Assembly (NCBI GenBank): GCA_036677065.1
Contig: JAKFBS010000003.1
Span: forward strand, 32,001 to 96,000
Length of the DNA stretch: 64,000 bases
Reading direction: 5' to 3'
Source of the DNA: Bdellovibrio sp.
GTDB lineage: Bacteria > Bdellovibrionota > Bdellovibrionia > Bdellovibrionales > Bdellovibrionaceae
Shown here: piece by piece, positions 17,791 through 28,071 of the stretch
How the letters are laid out: every line of letters begins with the position of its first letter
Numbering within the stretch: position 1 is the first letter of the stretch
Notes under the pieces: model-generated
What the model was told of the DNA's origin: nothing
What the model saw: only the letters and a program-made list of their open reading frames with translations
Database searches by the model: none
Translations under genes and position numbers: made by a program

Positions 17791-18302
17791 TTTTTAAAAT
17801 CAATCTTTTGCAGAAAACTTTTGAATTCATTCTGATTTTGTTCAATTTTTTGCGGGTTTCCGGCCAAAGATGCCACGTAGGTACATTTTAAATGTTGTAC
17901 AGAGTAAGACTGAATCTCGATTGCTTTGCCATCAATTTCGCCACGTACTTTTTTAAAATAAGACTTACGCGCATTTAGTGTCGTGTTTTTTTCTTCGACC
18001 ACTTTAACATTATCTAATGAATCACTCATTAAGCCGTGGATTGATTTTAAATTAAAATTACCGTCATTACAGTCAGATACCATAGAAATCACGTTGCCCG
18101 TGGTTTTGCTTTTCCAAGCTGGGTAAACGTTGTCGCGTAACTGGTTAAAGTCAGAATTAAATTCAGGTATAACAACATCTTTGGAAAATGTCGGTTTTGG
18201 TTCCTTAAAAATATTTGATATACATCCAGGAATTAATAGCAAAATAGCGACTGATAAAAACAATTTAGAAAAGACGTTCATTGACAAAATTATAAAGAGC
18301 AA
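17787..18302 (-). CDS. Putative lipoprotein co-transcribed with mlaEFD (start may be ATG 18281)
   Basis: Lipobox-like LIPGC; 4-bp overlap with the mlaE start. Confidence 0.65.
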   Translation of the reverse strand: MLFIILSMNVFSKLFLSVAILLLIPGCISNIFKEPKPTFSKDVVIPEFNSDFNQLRDNVYPAWKSKTTGNVISMVSDCNDGNFNLKSIHGLMSDSLDNVKVVEEKNTTLNARKSYFKKVRGEIDGKAIEIQSYSVQHLKCTYVASLAGNPQKIEQNQNEFKSFLQKIDFKK

Positions 18303-18459
18303 AAGCTCCTGCGTCTAGCTTGAAGGTCTAGTCGAGCCCTGAGTCGAAAGCGCGAGTGATCAGTTGACATGAACGTCATGGAATTGTCGGTGTTCGCCAA
18401 AAAACATGGTTATTTTTGCCTAGCCTGAAATTAAACCGCTAACCGCGCGCGCAATAGCA

Positions 18460-18475
18460 TGGCACTTGAAATGCT
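18460..18475 (+). promoter_or_regulatory. Sigma54 (-24/-12) promoter of the flagellar operon
   Basis: TGGCACTTGAAATGCT: TGGCAC plus GG-N10-GC, just upstream of the first ORF. Confidence 0.7.
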
Positions 18476-18486
18476 TTGTTCAATAG

Positions 18487-21333
18487 TTGATGAAAAAGCA
18501 TTTTCTAAAACTTACTACCGCGACGATAATCATCTTAGGAATTTCATTACCTAAGTCTTGGGCTGGCAATATGCAAACTAACCTTCGAGTTCAGGGTGAT
18601 ACTTTGAATTTTGAAGTCAGTGGGCAAAAAAATTGGGATTATGATTTGAAACGCGTGCAAGACGGTAAAACTGTGAAAGTGCAATTACAGGTCAAAGGTC
18701 TTGATGAAAGTTCAACACGTAATTTAAAGACAATTCAAAATCCATTTGTAAAAGAAATTAAGGTATTACCGAAAGCCGTTGATGGTTTCACGGTCATTGA
18801 ATTTATTTTAGCTAATGATTCAATTGATGCTTTTGACTATTTAACAGATCAACCTTCAAAGTTAGTTGTCGATTTCTATAAAAATGAAGAGCGCGTTAAA
18901 GCCCCGCAAGCCAATGGCAAGGGTGAAGTAGTTCCATATGCTGAAGAAGCGACTTTAGATGATTTCGGCAAGCCTATCAAAAAATCGTCAAAGGCTAAAA
19001 AAGCGGGGAGTAACCCAGGAAAAGTGGCTGCTGATAAAAGACATCAAAGTCCTTCGAGGTACCCAGCCGATGTTGATGGCCTAAAAATCGAAGAAGAAAA
19101 CGGCATTTTAACTTTTGTACAGCAAGAGATCGATCTTAAATCTGGTTTATTTGATGGTGGTGATGAAAAGTTTCACCGTTTTAAAATTAAAGAAATCGAA
19201 ATTAAGAAAAATGCGATCATTAAAGGGTTAGCTAACTACTATTTACGTTTTCCGATGTTAAGCCATGAAATGAATTTCTGGACGGCGATGAAAAACAACC
19301 CTCCACAGTACGAAATTCAGCAGGCCAATACAGAAGAAAATAAACAAGCACGGCTTTTAAAAGTACTGTATGACCGTAAAAGAACACTAGTGCTTAAAAA
19401 GACTTCTGACTGGTTTGAAAAGAAATTTAAAAATTCACAATATTTAGAACAAATTTATTACATGAACGGTGATTCGCACATGCAAACATGGCGCGAAACG
19501 GGCGAGGCAAAATATTTTGATGATGGAATGCAGTTCTATGCAAAAGCAATGTCGCGGTTTCCGGAATCAAAGCTAAATGAACGTACTTCTTTATTATTAG
19601 GTTTTCTAAATCTGGATAAAAAAGATTATTTAACTGCAGTAAGAAAATTAAGCACGCATGTTGAAAACCCTGCCTATAAAGGTCGCCCGTCACAAGAGTA
19701 CGCAAAACTTGGATTAGCTTTAGCTATGCTCAGCGCCAATAAATTACAAGACGGCTTGGATCTTTTAGATGATGTAGAAAAAACAACTAAAAATGAAATG
19801 ACCCGTGCCGAAGCGGCATATCGTCGTGGTGATTTTTTCTTTCATCAAAATAAATACACAGAAGCTGTTGATGCTTTTAATACCGCTTTTAAAAAGTATC
19901 CAAACCATTCACAGTTATTCCCGAATTCACACTTTAATCGCATGGAAGCTTTATTTCGTCTGAAATTGCCTGAGCTTTCTCACAAAGAAGCTTTAGAATT
20001 CGTACAACGTTATCCTGCCCATGATTATGCTCCGTATGCATTAACTCGCGTCGGTGAATTATTAGAAATATTAGGTGCTGATCAATCAAAATCTGTGGGT
20101 GCATATTTAGAAACGCATTTTCGTTACGGTGATAACCCTAAAACAGTTGTTTCGCGTTTACATATGTTAAGTACACGCATGAAAGTCATGAAACCTCAGG
20201 AAGTTAAAGAAACAATTGCTAAAATGAACGAGTTGGCTGAACAAAGCCAACTTGAAGATATTCAGCAATTTAAAACGACGATGATTGCTGATGGTTATGC
20301 CCGCCGCAAAGAGTACGACAAAGCGATTGAAATCCTTACGCATTTTTACCAAAAAGAACCAAATAAACCAGATTCATTTCAGGTCACATTACGTATTATG
20401 CGTAATATTAACGATCAAATGAAAGAGTACTCTGCAAAAGATGACTTTAGAAATGTTTTAAAAACTTATAAACGTTTCGCAGACACTTGGTTAAAAGCGC
20501 AACCGCGTATTGATACTAATTTTTACGTAGCTAAAGCTTATCAATCAGCAGGTTCATACAATACAGCCTTAAAACAATACGATAAACTACGCAAACAAAT
20601 CGGTTTATTAAAAGACGATACTATTTCAAATGCGATTCGCGCTAACCAGGATATTCCGACAGAAGATGTGATTAATTTAATGCAAGCTCAGTGTTTGTTT
20701 GAAGAAAACCGTTATCAAGAAGCGTACGAAAAAATGCAATCGATAAAAAATCCTGATGTCTTAGCAGAGCAAGACCAAATTAACCGCGTTCATTACACGG
20801 CTTTATTGTACGAGAAAAAAGGCGAACTTAATGCGGCAGTTAGATATTTATCTGAGCTAACTAAGGTTTGGAAAGATAAAGCCGAATTGTTAGCTCCAAG
20901 CGTGCTTCATTTAGCGGATTTAGAAGTCAAACGTAAACAGCCAGAATTAGCGATCGATAATTTGTCTGAACTTTTAAAAAGTAAAGTTTCAGATAAATAT
21001 AAATTAGAAGCCTATAAAAAACTATCAGACTTAGCTATCAGCGAAAAGAAATCAGACTTGGCGATTAAAACTATTTCTAATCTTTTAACGAACTTTGAAA
21101 GCAAAGAAAGTCTTTCATCTTACAGATATAAATTAGGTGAATTGCATTTTAATCAGGGTGAATTAAAAAAAGCTGAAAATGTATGGGGCGAATTAAAAGG
21201 CAACGAAGCCTCGTTCTGGAACCAGCTTGCGCAGAACAAAATGCGCGATTCTAACTGGAGCGAAGAAAATAAAAAGTATTTAAAACGTATACCGGCAATG
21301 TCAAAGTCTGAAAAAGCGGAGGACGCAAAATGA
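18487..21333 (+). CDS. Exported tetratricopeptide-repeat protein
   Basis: Signal peptide; many TPR-like helices (AAYRRGDFFF..KY.EAV.AF, YKLGELHF..GELKKAE..W). Confidence 0.8.
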   Translation: MMKKHFLKLTTATIIILGISLPKSWAGNMQTNLRVQGDTLNFEVSGQKNWDYDLKRVQDGKTVKVQLQVKGLDESSTRNLKTIQNPFVKEIKVLPKAVDGFTVIEFILANDSIDAFDYLTDQPSKLVVDFYKNEERVKAPQANGKGEVVPYAEEATLDDFGKPIKKSSKAKKAGSNPGKVAADKRHQSPSRYPADVDGLKIEEENGILTFVQQEIDLKSGLFDGGDEKFHRFKIKEIEIKKNAIIKGLANYYLRFPMLSHEMNFWTAMKNNPPQYEIQQANTEENKQARLLKVLYDRKRTLVLKKTSDWFEKKFKNSQYLEQIYYMNGDSHMQTWRETGEAKYFDDGMQFYAKAMSRFPESKLNERTSLLLGFLNLDKKDYLTAVRKLSTHVENPAYKGRPSQEYAKLGLALAMLSANKLQDGLDLLDDVEKTTKNEMTRAEAAYRRGDFFFHQNKYTEAVDAFNTAFKKYPNHSQLFPNSHFNRMEALFRLKLPELSHKEALEFVQRYPAHDYAPYALTRVGELLEILGADQSKSVGAYLETHFRYGDNPKTVVSRLHMLSTRMKVMKPQEVKETIAKMNELAEQSQLEDIQQFKTTMIADGYARRKEYDKAIEILTHFYQKEPNKPDSFQVTLRIMRNINDQMKEYSAKDDFRNVLKTYKRFADTWLKAQPRIDTNFYVAKAYQSAGSYNTALKQYDKLRKQIGLLKDDTISNAIRANQDIPTEDVINLMQAQCLFEENRYQEAYEKMQSIKNPDVLAEQDQINRVHYTALLYEKKGELNAAVRYLSELTKVWKDKAELLAPSVLHLADLEVKRKQPELAIDNLSELLKSKVSDKYKLEAYKKLSDLAISEKKSDLAIKTISNLLTNFESKESLSSYRYKLGELHFNQGELKKAENVWGELKGNEASFWNQLAQNKMRDSNWSEENKKYLKRIPAMSKSEKAEDAK

Positions 21334-22031
21334 GTTTTGCAGAGTTTAATTCAGTGAACTGCAGTTCACAAGTCATGGTCAGCATAGTGCAAAAACTTGG
21401 TAACCCATCAATCGGTGAATATAAAACCGTAGTGATCAAAGGAGCCAAAGGCTCTGGACGCAAAACCTTAGCCCTACATTTACAAAAACTTAATTTTAAG
21501 CTTTCACAATTTGAAATCGTAGAATTAAGCGAGCTTTCAATTATTGAAGATCATAAAATTTACATTTGTCTTGATATGGATGATGTAAAAACTGATGACG
21601 ACATTTTTGTGATTCAAATGCCGTCATTGGTTGAACGAAAAGATGATTTGATTGCTTTAGCTGAATTTCATATTCAAGTGCATGCTTTAATGAATGGTTC
21701 AGGCAGAATTTTAATTTCTGAAAAAGCTAAAGAAAAAATTCTGGCTTACAGATGGCCTGGCGAATTTCCTGAGCTAGAGCGTGCTTTAGAGCAAGCCGTG
21801 CAAGTTTGTGAAAAAAATGTGATCGAACCAGAAGATCTTAAATTAGAAGAATCTAACCGCGACTTATCTTTTTCATTAGGTTTAAAATTAGAAAACGTCG
21901 AGCGCCAGTACATTTTGCAAACGTTATTTTTCGCGCAGCAAAATAGAACAAAAGCTGCCGAGATTCTTGGAATTTCTATTCGTACCTTAAGAAATAAACT
22001 CAACCAATACCGCCAGGAGGGTTACCTATGA
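21330..22031 (+). CDS. Degenerate sigma54 enhancer-binding-like protein with a Fis-type HTH
   Basis: Walker A-like GAKGSGRKT, P.L.ERKDD, Y.WPG..ELE, NRTKAAEILGISIRTLRNKL. No GAFTGA and no receiver domain. Confidence 0.75.
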   Translation: MSFAEFNSVNCSSQVMVSIVQKLGNPSIGEYKTVVIKGAKGSGRKTLALHLQKLNFKLSQFEIVELSELSIIEDHKIYICLDMDDVKTDDDIFVIQMPSLVERKDDLIALAEFHIQVHALMNGSGRILISEKAKEKILAYRWPGEFPELERALEQAVQVCEKNVIEPEDLKLEESNRDLSFSLGLKLENVERQYILQTLFFAQQNRTKAAEILGISIRTLRNKLNQYRQEGYL

Positions 22032-22396
22032 GTAATTTGTTCGACAAAACAACAGATGCTCTTGCAACTTCGATCCGCATGCGCCAAATCAAGCATAACG
22101 TGACTGCAAGTAATATTGCCAATCACGAAACACCTGGTTACAAAGCGCAAAAAGTTGAATTTGAAGAGGCCTTGGCAAGATCTTTAGAAATTGGTGGCAC
22201 GGCAGAAGGCGGATTACCGGTAAACGCAGAAGTTTTCGATAACCCGGAAGCCGCCGTGAATAACGATGGCAATAGTGTTGATATGGAAAAAGAAATGTCT
22301 GCATTAGCAGAAAACTCGATTTTGTATAAATCGGCATTGCAATTAATTAATAAAAAAATGGCAGCGTTAAGATACGCAATTAGTGAAGGTAGATAG
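22028..22396 (+). CDS. flgB: Flagellar basal-body rod protein FlgB
   Basis: NIANHETPGYKA, DGNSVDMEKEM. Confidence 0.95.
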   Translation: MSNLFDKTTDALATSIRMRQIKHNVTASNIANHETPGYKAQKVEFEEALARSLEIGGTAEGGLPVNAEVFDNPEAAVNNDGNSVDMEKEMSALAENSILYKSALQLINKKMAALRYAISEGR

Positions 22397-22398
22397 TT

Positions 22399-22842
22399 AT
22401 GTCAGATTTTTTATCGGGCTTTAGAATTAGCGGAAGTGGTATGGCAGCGCAACGCACGCGCATGAATACTATTTCTTCAAATATTGCCAATATTAATACG
22501 ACAAAAACTCCAGAAGGTGGCCCGTACCGCCGCAAAGACGTGGTTTTCGAGGCAATGCCAGACGGTAAGACGTTTGGCGATATTGTTGGGGTTAATGATC
22601 CGACAAAAGATTTAAACCGGGTCCAGGTCACAGATGTCATCTACGATAAACGCGGTCCTATCATGAAATATGAGCCAGGACATGCAGATGCGAACGAAGA
22701 TGGTTTTGTTGCTTACCCGAATATCAACTTGATGGAAGAAATGACCAACATGATACAAGCTACACGGTCGTACGAGGCTAACGTACAGGCCGTGCAGGCA
22801 ACTAAAGATATGGCTTTAAGTGCATTGGAAATTGGTAGATAA
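22399..22842 (+). CDS. flgC: Flagellar basal-body rod protein FlgC
   Basis: SGM.AQR.RMN.ISSNIAN, GGPYRRK, RSYEAN. Confidence 0.96.
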   Translation: MSDFLSGFRISGSGMAAQRTRMNTISSNIANINTTKTPEGGPYRRKDVVFEAMPDGKTFGDIVGVNDPTKDLNRVQVTDVIYDKRGPIMKYEPGHADANEDGFVAYPNINLMEEMTNMIQATRSYEANVQAVQATKDMALSALEIGR

Positions 22843-22910
22843 TTAATATAACACGCCCAGCAATTATTGCCGGGACCGGGCTACCTTAGCCTAAGAAATT
22901 GGGAGTAACC

Positions 22911-23237
22911 ATGGATGGTTTAAATATCTCAAATGCAAATAGATTTGTCGAAGCAGGCGGTACAACCGCGGGCTCAATCGCAGATTTAAATAAAGCAGCA
23001 CAAACAAACGAAGCAGGAAAATCTTTTGCAGATACATTGACTGAAGCCATCGGCCAAGTGAATGAAATGCAAAAAGAGTCTGATGTGAAAGCGCAAGAAC
23101 TTGCGACTGGCAAAACAGATGATATCGCCGGCGTTATGTTATCTGCAGAGAAAGCTGACATCGCATTACGTACGATGGTTCAAGTCAGAAATAAAATTAT
23201 CGATGCTTACCAAGAAATCATGAGAATGCAGGTATAA
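22911..23237 (+). CDS. fliE: Flagellar hook-basal body protein FliE
   Basis: SFADTL..AI..VN, VQVRNKIIDAYQEIMRMQV; ATG 22911 after GGGAG. Confidence 0.95.
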   Translation: MDGLNISNANRFVEAGGTTAGSIADLNKAAQTNEAGKSFADTLTEAIGQVNEMQKESDVKAQELATGKTDDIAGVMLSAEKADIALRTMVQVRNKIIDAYQEIMRMQV

Positions 23238-23238
23238 T

Positions 23239-24888
23239 GTGACTAAGTTGTTTGGTGGGCTAATTGCCCAGTTGAATGAATTCTATAAGTCGCTTGGGCC
23301 AACCAAGCGTATGGCTTTTGTTGCTTCAGGGTTAATCGTTGTTATGGCGATTGGTTTTGTTTTCTTTATGGCTTCAGGAAAAGACTACGAAGTTTTATTT
23401 AAAAACGTAGCGGCAGATCAAATTCCTACAATCATCGGAAAATTAAATGCAAAACAAATTCCGTACCGTGTGATGGAAGATGGTTCTACGATCACGGTAC
23501 CTAAAGAATTTTTGCATGCGACTTTAATGCAATTATCAACTGAAGTAGGTTCTACCAATATGGGTAGCATTGGCTTAGAGATTTTTGAAAAAGAAAATTT
23601 CGGTGCTAATACTTATTCGCAAAAAATTAATTACCAGAGAGCGCTTCAAGGCGAATTAATGCGTGCGATTAACACTTTAACTGCGGTTAAGCAGTCAAAA
23701 GTGATCTTAGCGTTACCACAAAAGAAAACAATGATGGATGAATCAACTCCGCCATCAGCTTCGGTGGTTGTGGCTCTTAATTCGGGAAAACAATTATCTC
23801 CTGAACAGGTGCGTGGTATCAGATACTTAATCGCCAATGCGGTTGAAGGTATGGATCCTGAAAAAGTAACTGTGTTAGATGAGCACGGTCGTATGTTATC
23901 TAAAAAATCTGATGGCGCATTAGGTGCTTCAAATGAAATTATGGAGCTTAAATCACAAGTTGAAAAAGATTTAGAAGAAAGAATTGATTCTATCTTATCA
24001 AAAGTTGTGGGCGCGGGGCGCATCGTAACTAAAGTAGATGCGACAATTAATCACCGTGTGGTTTCTTCGGTTGAAGAAATTATTGATCCTGATAAAACAG
24101 CTACTCGCAGTATGACAACGAATGAAGAATCATTAGACGGGTCACGCACAAATCCTACGGGTGTTCCTGGATCACGTGCAAATGTGCCAGGTTCTGAAGA
24201 CAACCAAGGCAGTGTTGGTTTTAAACAAGATGTTCGTAAAGAATTAAAAACTGTGACTTACGAAGTGCCAAAAACTATTCGTAATGTTCGCGAAGCAGCA
24301 GGTGCGGTAGAAAAAATCAGCGTTGCTGTCTTAGTTGATGGCGTTGCCACGACAACTGCTGGGCCAGATGGCAAACCGGTTACCAAATGGGATGCAAGAA
24401 CTCCTGAAGAAATCGCAAAATATGAATCATTAGTAAAAAGTGCGATTGGTTTTGTCGGAGCCCGCGGCGACAGTGTTAAAATTGAATCAATTCAATTTAA
24501 AGTTGAAGACTTTAACGAAAGCGAAACATTACTTACAAGCTTAGAAAAGAAAAAACTTATTCAGTCTTTATTTAAATGGGGCTTGTTAGGCTTTGCATTA
24601 ATGCTTTTCTTCTTCTTAGTGGTTCGTCCATTCATGCAATGGGTTACAGATTCATTCACAGATTCTGTTGAAGATATGTTACCGCGCACGATTGAAGAGT
24701 TAGAAGAATTACAAGCCGTTGATAATACATTACCTGGTTTAGGCGGAGTATTGCCGATGTTACAAGACTCGGTTGATCCGGATAAAGCTGAATCTGAATT
24801 ATTAAAAGACCGTATTATGAATCTAGTGACCAAAGATGAAGAAAAAGCAGCAAGTGCTATCAACATGTGGGTTTCTAGAAAGGAATAA
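23239..24888 (+). CDS. fliF: Flagellar MS-ring protein FliF
   Basis: YQRALQGELMRAI, PSASVV, GVPGSRAN; two transmembrane segments. Confidence 0.95.
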   Translation: MTKLFGGLIAQLNEFYKSLGPTKRMAFVASGLIVVMAIGFVFFMASGKDYEVLFKNVAADQIPTIIGKLNAKQIPYRVMEDGSTITVPKEFLHATLMQLSTEVGSTNMGSIGLEIFEKENFGANTYSQKINYQRALQGELMRAINTLTAVKQSKVILALPQKKTMMDESTPPSASVVVALNSGKQLSPEQVRGIRYLIANAVEGMDPEKVTVLDEHGRMLSKKSDGALGASNEIMELKSQVEKDLEERIDSILSKVVGAGRIVTKVDATINHRVVSSVEEIIDPDKTATRSMTTNEESLDGSRTNPTGVPGSRANVPGSEDNQGSVGFKQDVRKELKTVTYEVPKTIRNVREAAGAVEKISVAVLVDGVATTTAGPDGKPVTKWDARTPEEIAKYESLVKSAIGFVGARGDSVKIESIQFKVEDFNESETLLTSLEKKKLIQSLFKWGLLGFALMLFFFLVVRPFMQWVTDSFTDSVEDMLPRTIEELEELQAVDNTLPGLGGVLPMLQDSVDPDKAESELLKDRIMNLVTKDEEKAASAINMWVSRKE

Positions 24889-24891
24889 TCT

Positions 24892-25926
24892 ATGAAAATG
24901 TCGAAATATGAAAATTTAGATTATGACACTCTACGCGGCATTGATAAAGCGGCCATCCTGGTGAATTACTTAGGCCAAGACGCTATTCGTATTCTATTTA
25001 AAAAAATGGATGATGCTGATATCAGAAAATTAATCCATTTAATGACTAAATTTAAAATTGTTCCAGTAAACGTAACTAAACGCGTGTTAGAAGAGTTCTA
25101 TGAAACCATCAGTGAGTCTGATGAATTCATTTTCTCTGACCGTACTTCAAGCAAAGAATCAATCGTTGAAGCTTTAGGTGAAGAACGTGCGCGTGGCATC
25201 TTAGGCGGTTTAAATATCAGCTCTGGTGGCGGTAGAACGCTTGAATCATTAGAAATGGTTGATGCGAAATCTTTATCAACATTCTTAGTGAATGAACATC
25301 CGCAAACTGTTGCGGTAATCTTAGCCCATTTAGAGCCTGAGAAAAAAGGCGATGTATTACGTCGTTTACCAGAAGGTCTACAAGCTGAAGTTGTTCTTCG
25401 TATGGCCCATTTAGATAACGTCGATCCAGAGCTTATTGCCGAGATCGATCGCGTGTTAAAAGCGCAGTTATCAGCGACTTCAACTGTTGAACAATCTTCT
25501 CTTGGCGGCGTACAACCAGTGGCTGAAATGCTTAACGTTATGGATAAATCTTCTGAACAAACGATCATGTCGCGTTTAGAAGAAAAAGATCCATTACTAG
25601 CAGAAGAGATTCGCAAACTTATGTTCGTATTCGAAGATATTGCGAAAATCGACGACCGTGGTATTCAAATGCTTCTTAAAGAATGCCCTAATGATCGTCT
25701 GCTTATGGCTCTTAAAACAGCGAATGAAGATATCAAAGCGAAAATCTTTAAAAATATCTCAGCACGTGCTGCCGAAATGTTACGTGAAGATCTGGCAAAT
25801 ATGGGACCTGCACGTCTATCAGACGTAGAGGGTGCACAGCAAGAGATCGTCAACGTTGCGCGTAGATTAGAAGCTGAAGGTAAATTAATTATTGCAAGAG
25901 GAAGTTCTGAAGATGCGATGGTCTAA
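24892..25926 (+). CDS. fliG: Flagellar motor switch protein FliG
   Basis: EHPQTVAVILAHL, MFVFED, GPARLSDVE.AQ. Confidence 0.96.
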   Translation: MKMSKYENLDYDTLRGIDKAAILVNYLGQDAIRILFKKMDDADIRKLIHLMTKFKIVPVNVTKRVLEEFYETISESDEFIFSDRTSSKESIVEALGEERARGILGGLNISSGGGRTLESLEMVDAKSLSTFLVNEHPQTVAVILAHLEPEKKGDVLRRLPEGLQAEVVLRMAHLDNVDPELIAEIDRVLKAQLSATSTVEQSSLGGVQPVAEMLNVMDKSSEQTIMSRLEEKDPLLAEEIRKLMFVFEDIAKIDDRGIQMLLKECPNDRLLMALKTANEDIKAKIFKNISARAAEMLREDLANMGPARLSDVEGAQQEIVNVARRLEAEGKLIIARGSSEDAMV

Positions 25927-26713
25927 TCTGATCAAGTCTAAGACTGACGAAGCTGAGAAAAATACTACGGTGCTTGAGTATCAGCCGCGTGAATTCGTGC
26001 TGGGAACTCCCGGTGCGGCTCTTGATTATTTAGAGCGTAAAAAACATGGTTCAGATTTCGTATTAAGTGATGTTTTGCGCGCAACAACTGGCGTAGAAGA
26101 AATTGAAAAACAATCTGAAGAAGCTCGCATTGAACACAAAGTATTAGAACGTATCGCACTTATTCAAAAGCAAGCGTATGACGAAGGTTACCTTTTAGGT
26201 AAAGACGACGGCTACGCGGCAGCTTTAGAAAAAAGAAATAACGAAATTGATCGTGGCTTATTAGATTTAAGCGAAGTTTTACAATCTGTGCAAAGTTTAA
26301 AACCAGAATTAATTTCAAATAATGAAGCTCATATATTGAAGTTGGTTTATCAAATCGCAGAAAAATTAGCTTACGATCACATTGAACAAAAACCAGAGAT
26401 CGTTTTAGAAGTGGTTCGTCGTGCGATTCACACGGCGCAAGCCGAAGAAGAAGTCACGGTACTTGTGGCTCCTGAACAGGTACAGTTCTTAGAGACGTAT
26501 AAAAATAGTGATAATGAAAATTATGAATTTTTAGAAAATATTAAATTACAAGCTTCGGATCAAATTCAACCAGGTGGTTGTATCGTTGAAACGAACTATG
26601 GTGCAATCGATGCACGTATTGCTGAGCGCTTCAAAAAAGTTTGGGTAGAATTATCAGCAGCAATTCCTAAAGTTAAAGACTCTTTAGAATCATCAGATGA
26701 TGATGGGACATAA
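25913..26713 (+). CDS. fliH: Flagellar assembly protein FliH
   Basis: AYDEGY..GK.DG repeat, GGCIVETNYGAIDA; between fliG and fliI. Confidence 0.9.
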   Translation: MRWSNLIKSKTDEAEKNTTVLEYQPREFVLGTPGAALDYLERKKHGSDFVLSDVLRATTGVEEIEKQSEEARIEHKVLERIALIQKQAYDEGYLLGKDDGYAAALEKRNNEIDRGLLDLSEVLQSVQSLKPELISNNEAHILKLVYQIAEKLAYDHIEQKPEIVLEVVRRAIHTAQAEEEVTVLVAPEQVQFLETYKNSDNENYEFLENIKLQASDQIQPGGCIVETNYGAIDARIAERFKKVWVELSAAIPKVKDSLESSDDDGT

Positions 26714-26716
26714 AAA

Positions 26717-28036
26717 GTGAAATTAAACTTTGAGAAATACGAAGAAATTATTAAAAACTGTCACTTAACCGAAGATAGCGGTAAGGTGACAGAAGTTACG
26801 GGCCTTTTGATTAAAGGTTTTCTTCCGGGTGCTTCTGTTGGAAGTATCTGTAGTATTGAAACTCCTCATTCATCAAAACCATTATTAGCCGAAGTTGTCG
26901 GTTTTAAAGACCGTCAGGTTTTAATGATGGCTTTACACGAAATGCGCGGAGTTTCGTTAGGTTGTAAGATTACTCTTTCTCGTTCGATCGCGACTGTTAA
27001 GGTCAGCGATGAGCTTTTAGGTCGCGTTGTTGATGGCATGGGTTTACCTATTGATGATCAATTACCGATTCAAAACTTTAAAGAATTTCCGTTATATGCA
27101 GAGGTGGTTAATCCACTTCATCGTCAGCCGATTCGTGAACCTTTAGATGTAGGTGTGCGCGCAATTAATGCGACGTTAACTGCCGGTCGCGGACAACGTG
27201 TCGCGATTATGGCCGGTTCAGGTGTTGGTAAGTCAGTGTTAATGGGTATGATGGCTAAAAATACTGAAGCTGATGTGAACGTGATCGCGCTTATCGGCGA
27301 GCGGGGCCGTGAGGTTCGTGAATTTATCGAGCATGAACTTGGCGAACAAGGCATGAAAAAAACCGTCGTGGTTTGTGTAACGAGCGATCAAAGCCCGTTA
27401 TTACGTATGCGCGGGGCGTATGTCGCTACAGCGATTGCCGAATATTTTGCAAAAAATAATAAAAATGTTTTATTAGTGATGGATTCGGTAACACGTTTTG
27501 CGATGGCTTTACGTGAAATTGGTTTATCTATTGGTGAACCGCCAACAACACGTGGTTATACACCAAGTGTATTTTCGACTTTACCAAAATTATTAGAGCG
27601 CGCAGGTAATTTTGAAGGCGCGGGTTCAATCACCGGATTTTATACGACCCTAGTTGATGGTGATGATATGAATGATCCAATCGGGGATTGTGTGCGTTCA
27701 ATCGTGGATGGCCACATTGTATTAACACGTCAGTTAGCCCAGCGTGGTCATTACCCGGCGATTGATATTTTACAAAGTGCAAGTCGTGTAATGAAAGCTG
27801 TAACAACAAGCGATCACACGCGAATGGCTTTAAAAATTCGTGAACTTATGGCGACCTATAAAGAAGCTGAAGATTTAATTAATATCGGTGCTTATAAAAC
27901 CGGAGCAAATCCAAAAATTGATAAAGCCGTAAAAGTTATTGATCAGATCAATGATTTTTTAAAGCAAAAAACAGAAGACTCAGCAACGATGACTCAGTGT
28001 CTGCGCACGATGCAACAGATCACTGCTGGCGCGTAG
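26717..28036 (+). CDS. fliI: Flagellar export ATPase FliI
   Basis: AGSGVGKS, IGERGREVREF, DSVTRFAMA.REIGL. Confidence 0.96.
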   Translation: MKLNFEKYEEIIKNCHLTEDSGKVTEVTGLLIKGFLPGASVGSICSIETPHSSKPLLAEVVGFKDRQVLMMALHEMRGVSLGCKITLSRSIATVKVSDELLGRVVDGMGLPIDDQLPIQNFKEFPLYAEVVNPLHRQPIREPLDVGVRAINATLTAGRGQRVAIMAGSGVGKSVLMGMMAKNTEADVNVIALIGERGREVREFIEHELGEQGMKKTVVVCVTSDQSPLLRMRGAYVATAIAEYFAKNNKNVLLVMDSVTRFAMALREIGLSIGEPPTTRGYTPSVFSTLPKLLERAGNFEGAGSITGFYTTLVDGDDMNDPIGDCVRSIVDGHIVLTRQLAQRGHYPAIDILQSASRVMKAVTTSDHTRMALKIRELMATYKEAEDLINIGAYKTGANPKIDKAVKVIDQINDFLKQKTEDSATMTQCLRTMQQITAGA

Positions 28037-28071
28037 TAATAAAAATAATCACTTAACAGGATGTTAGGGTT

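Noticed and set aside
22856..22875. Small hairpin between flgC and fliE
   Set aside because: Short, imperfect, no U-tail; not enough evidence of function.
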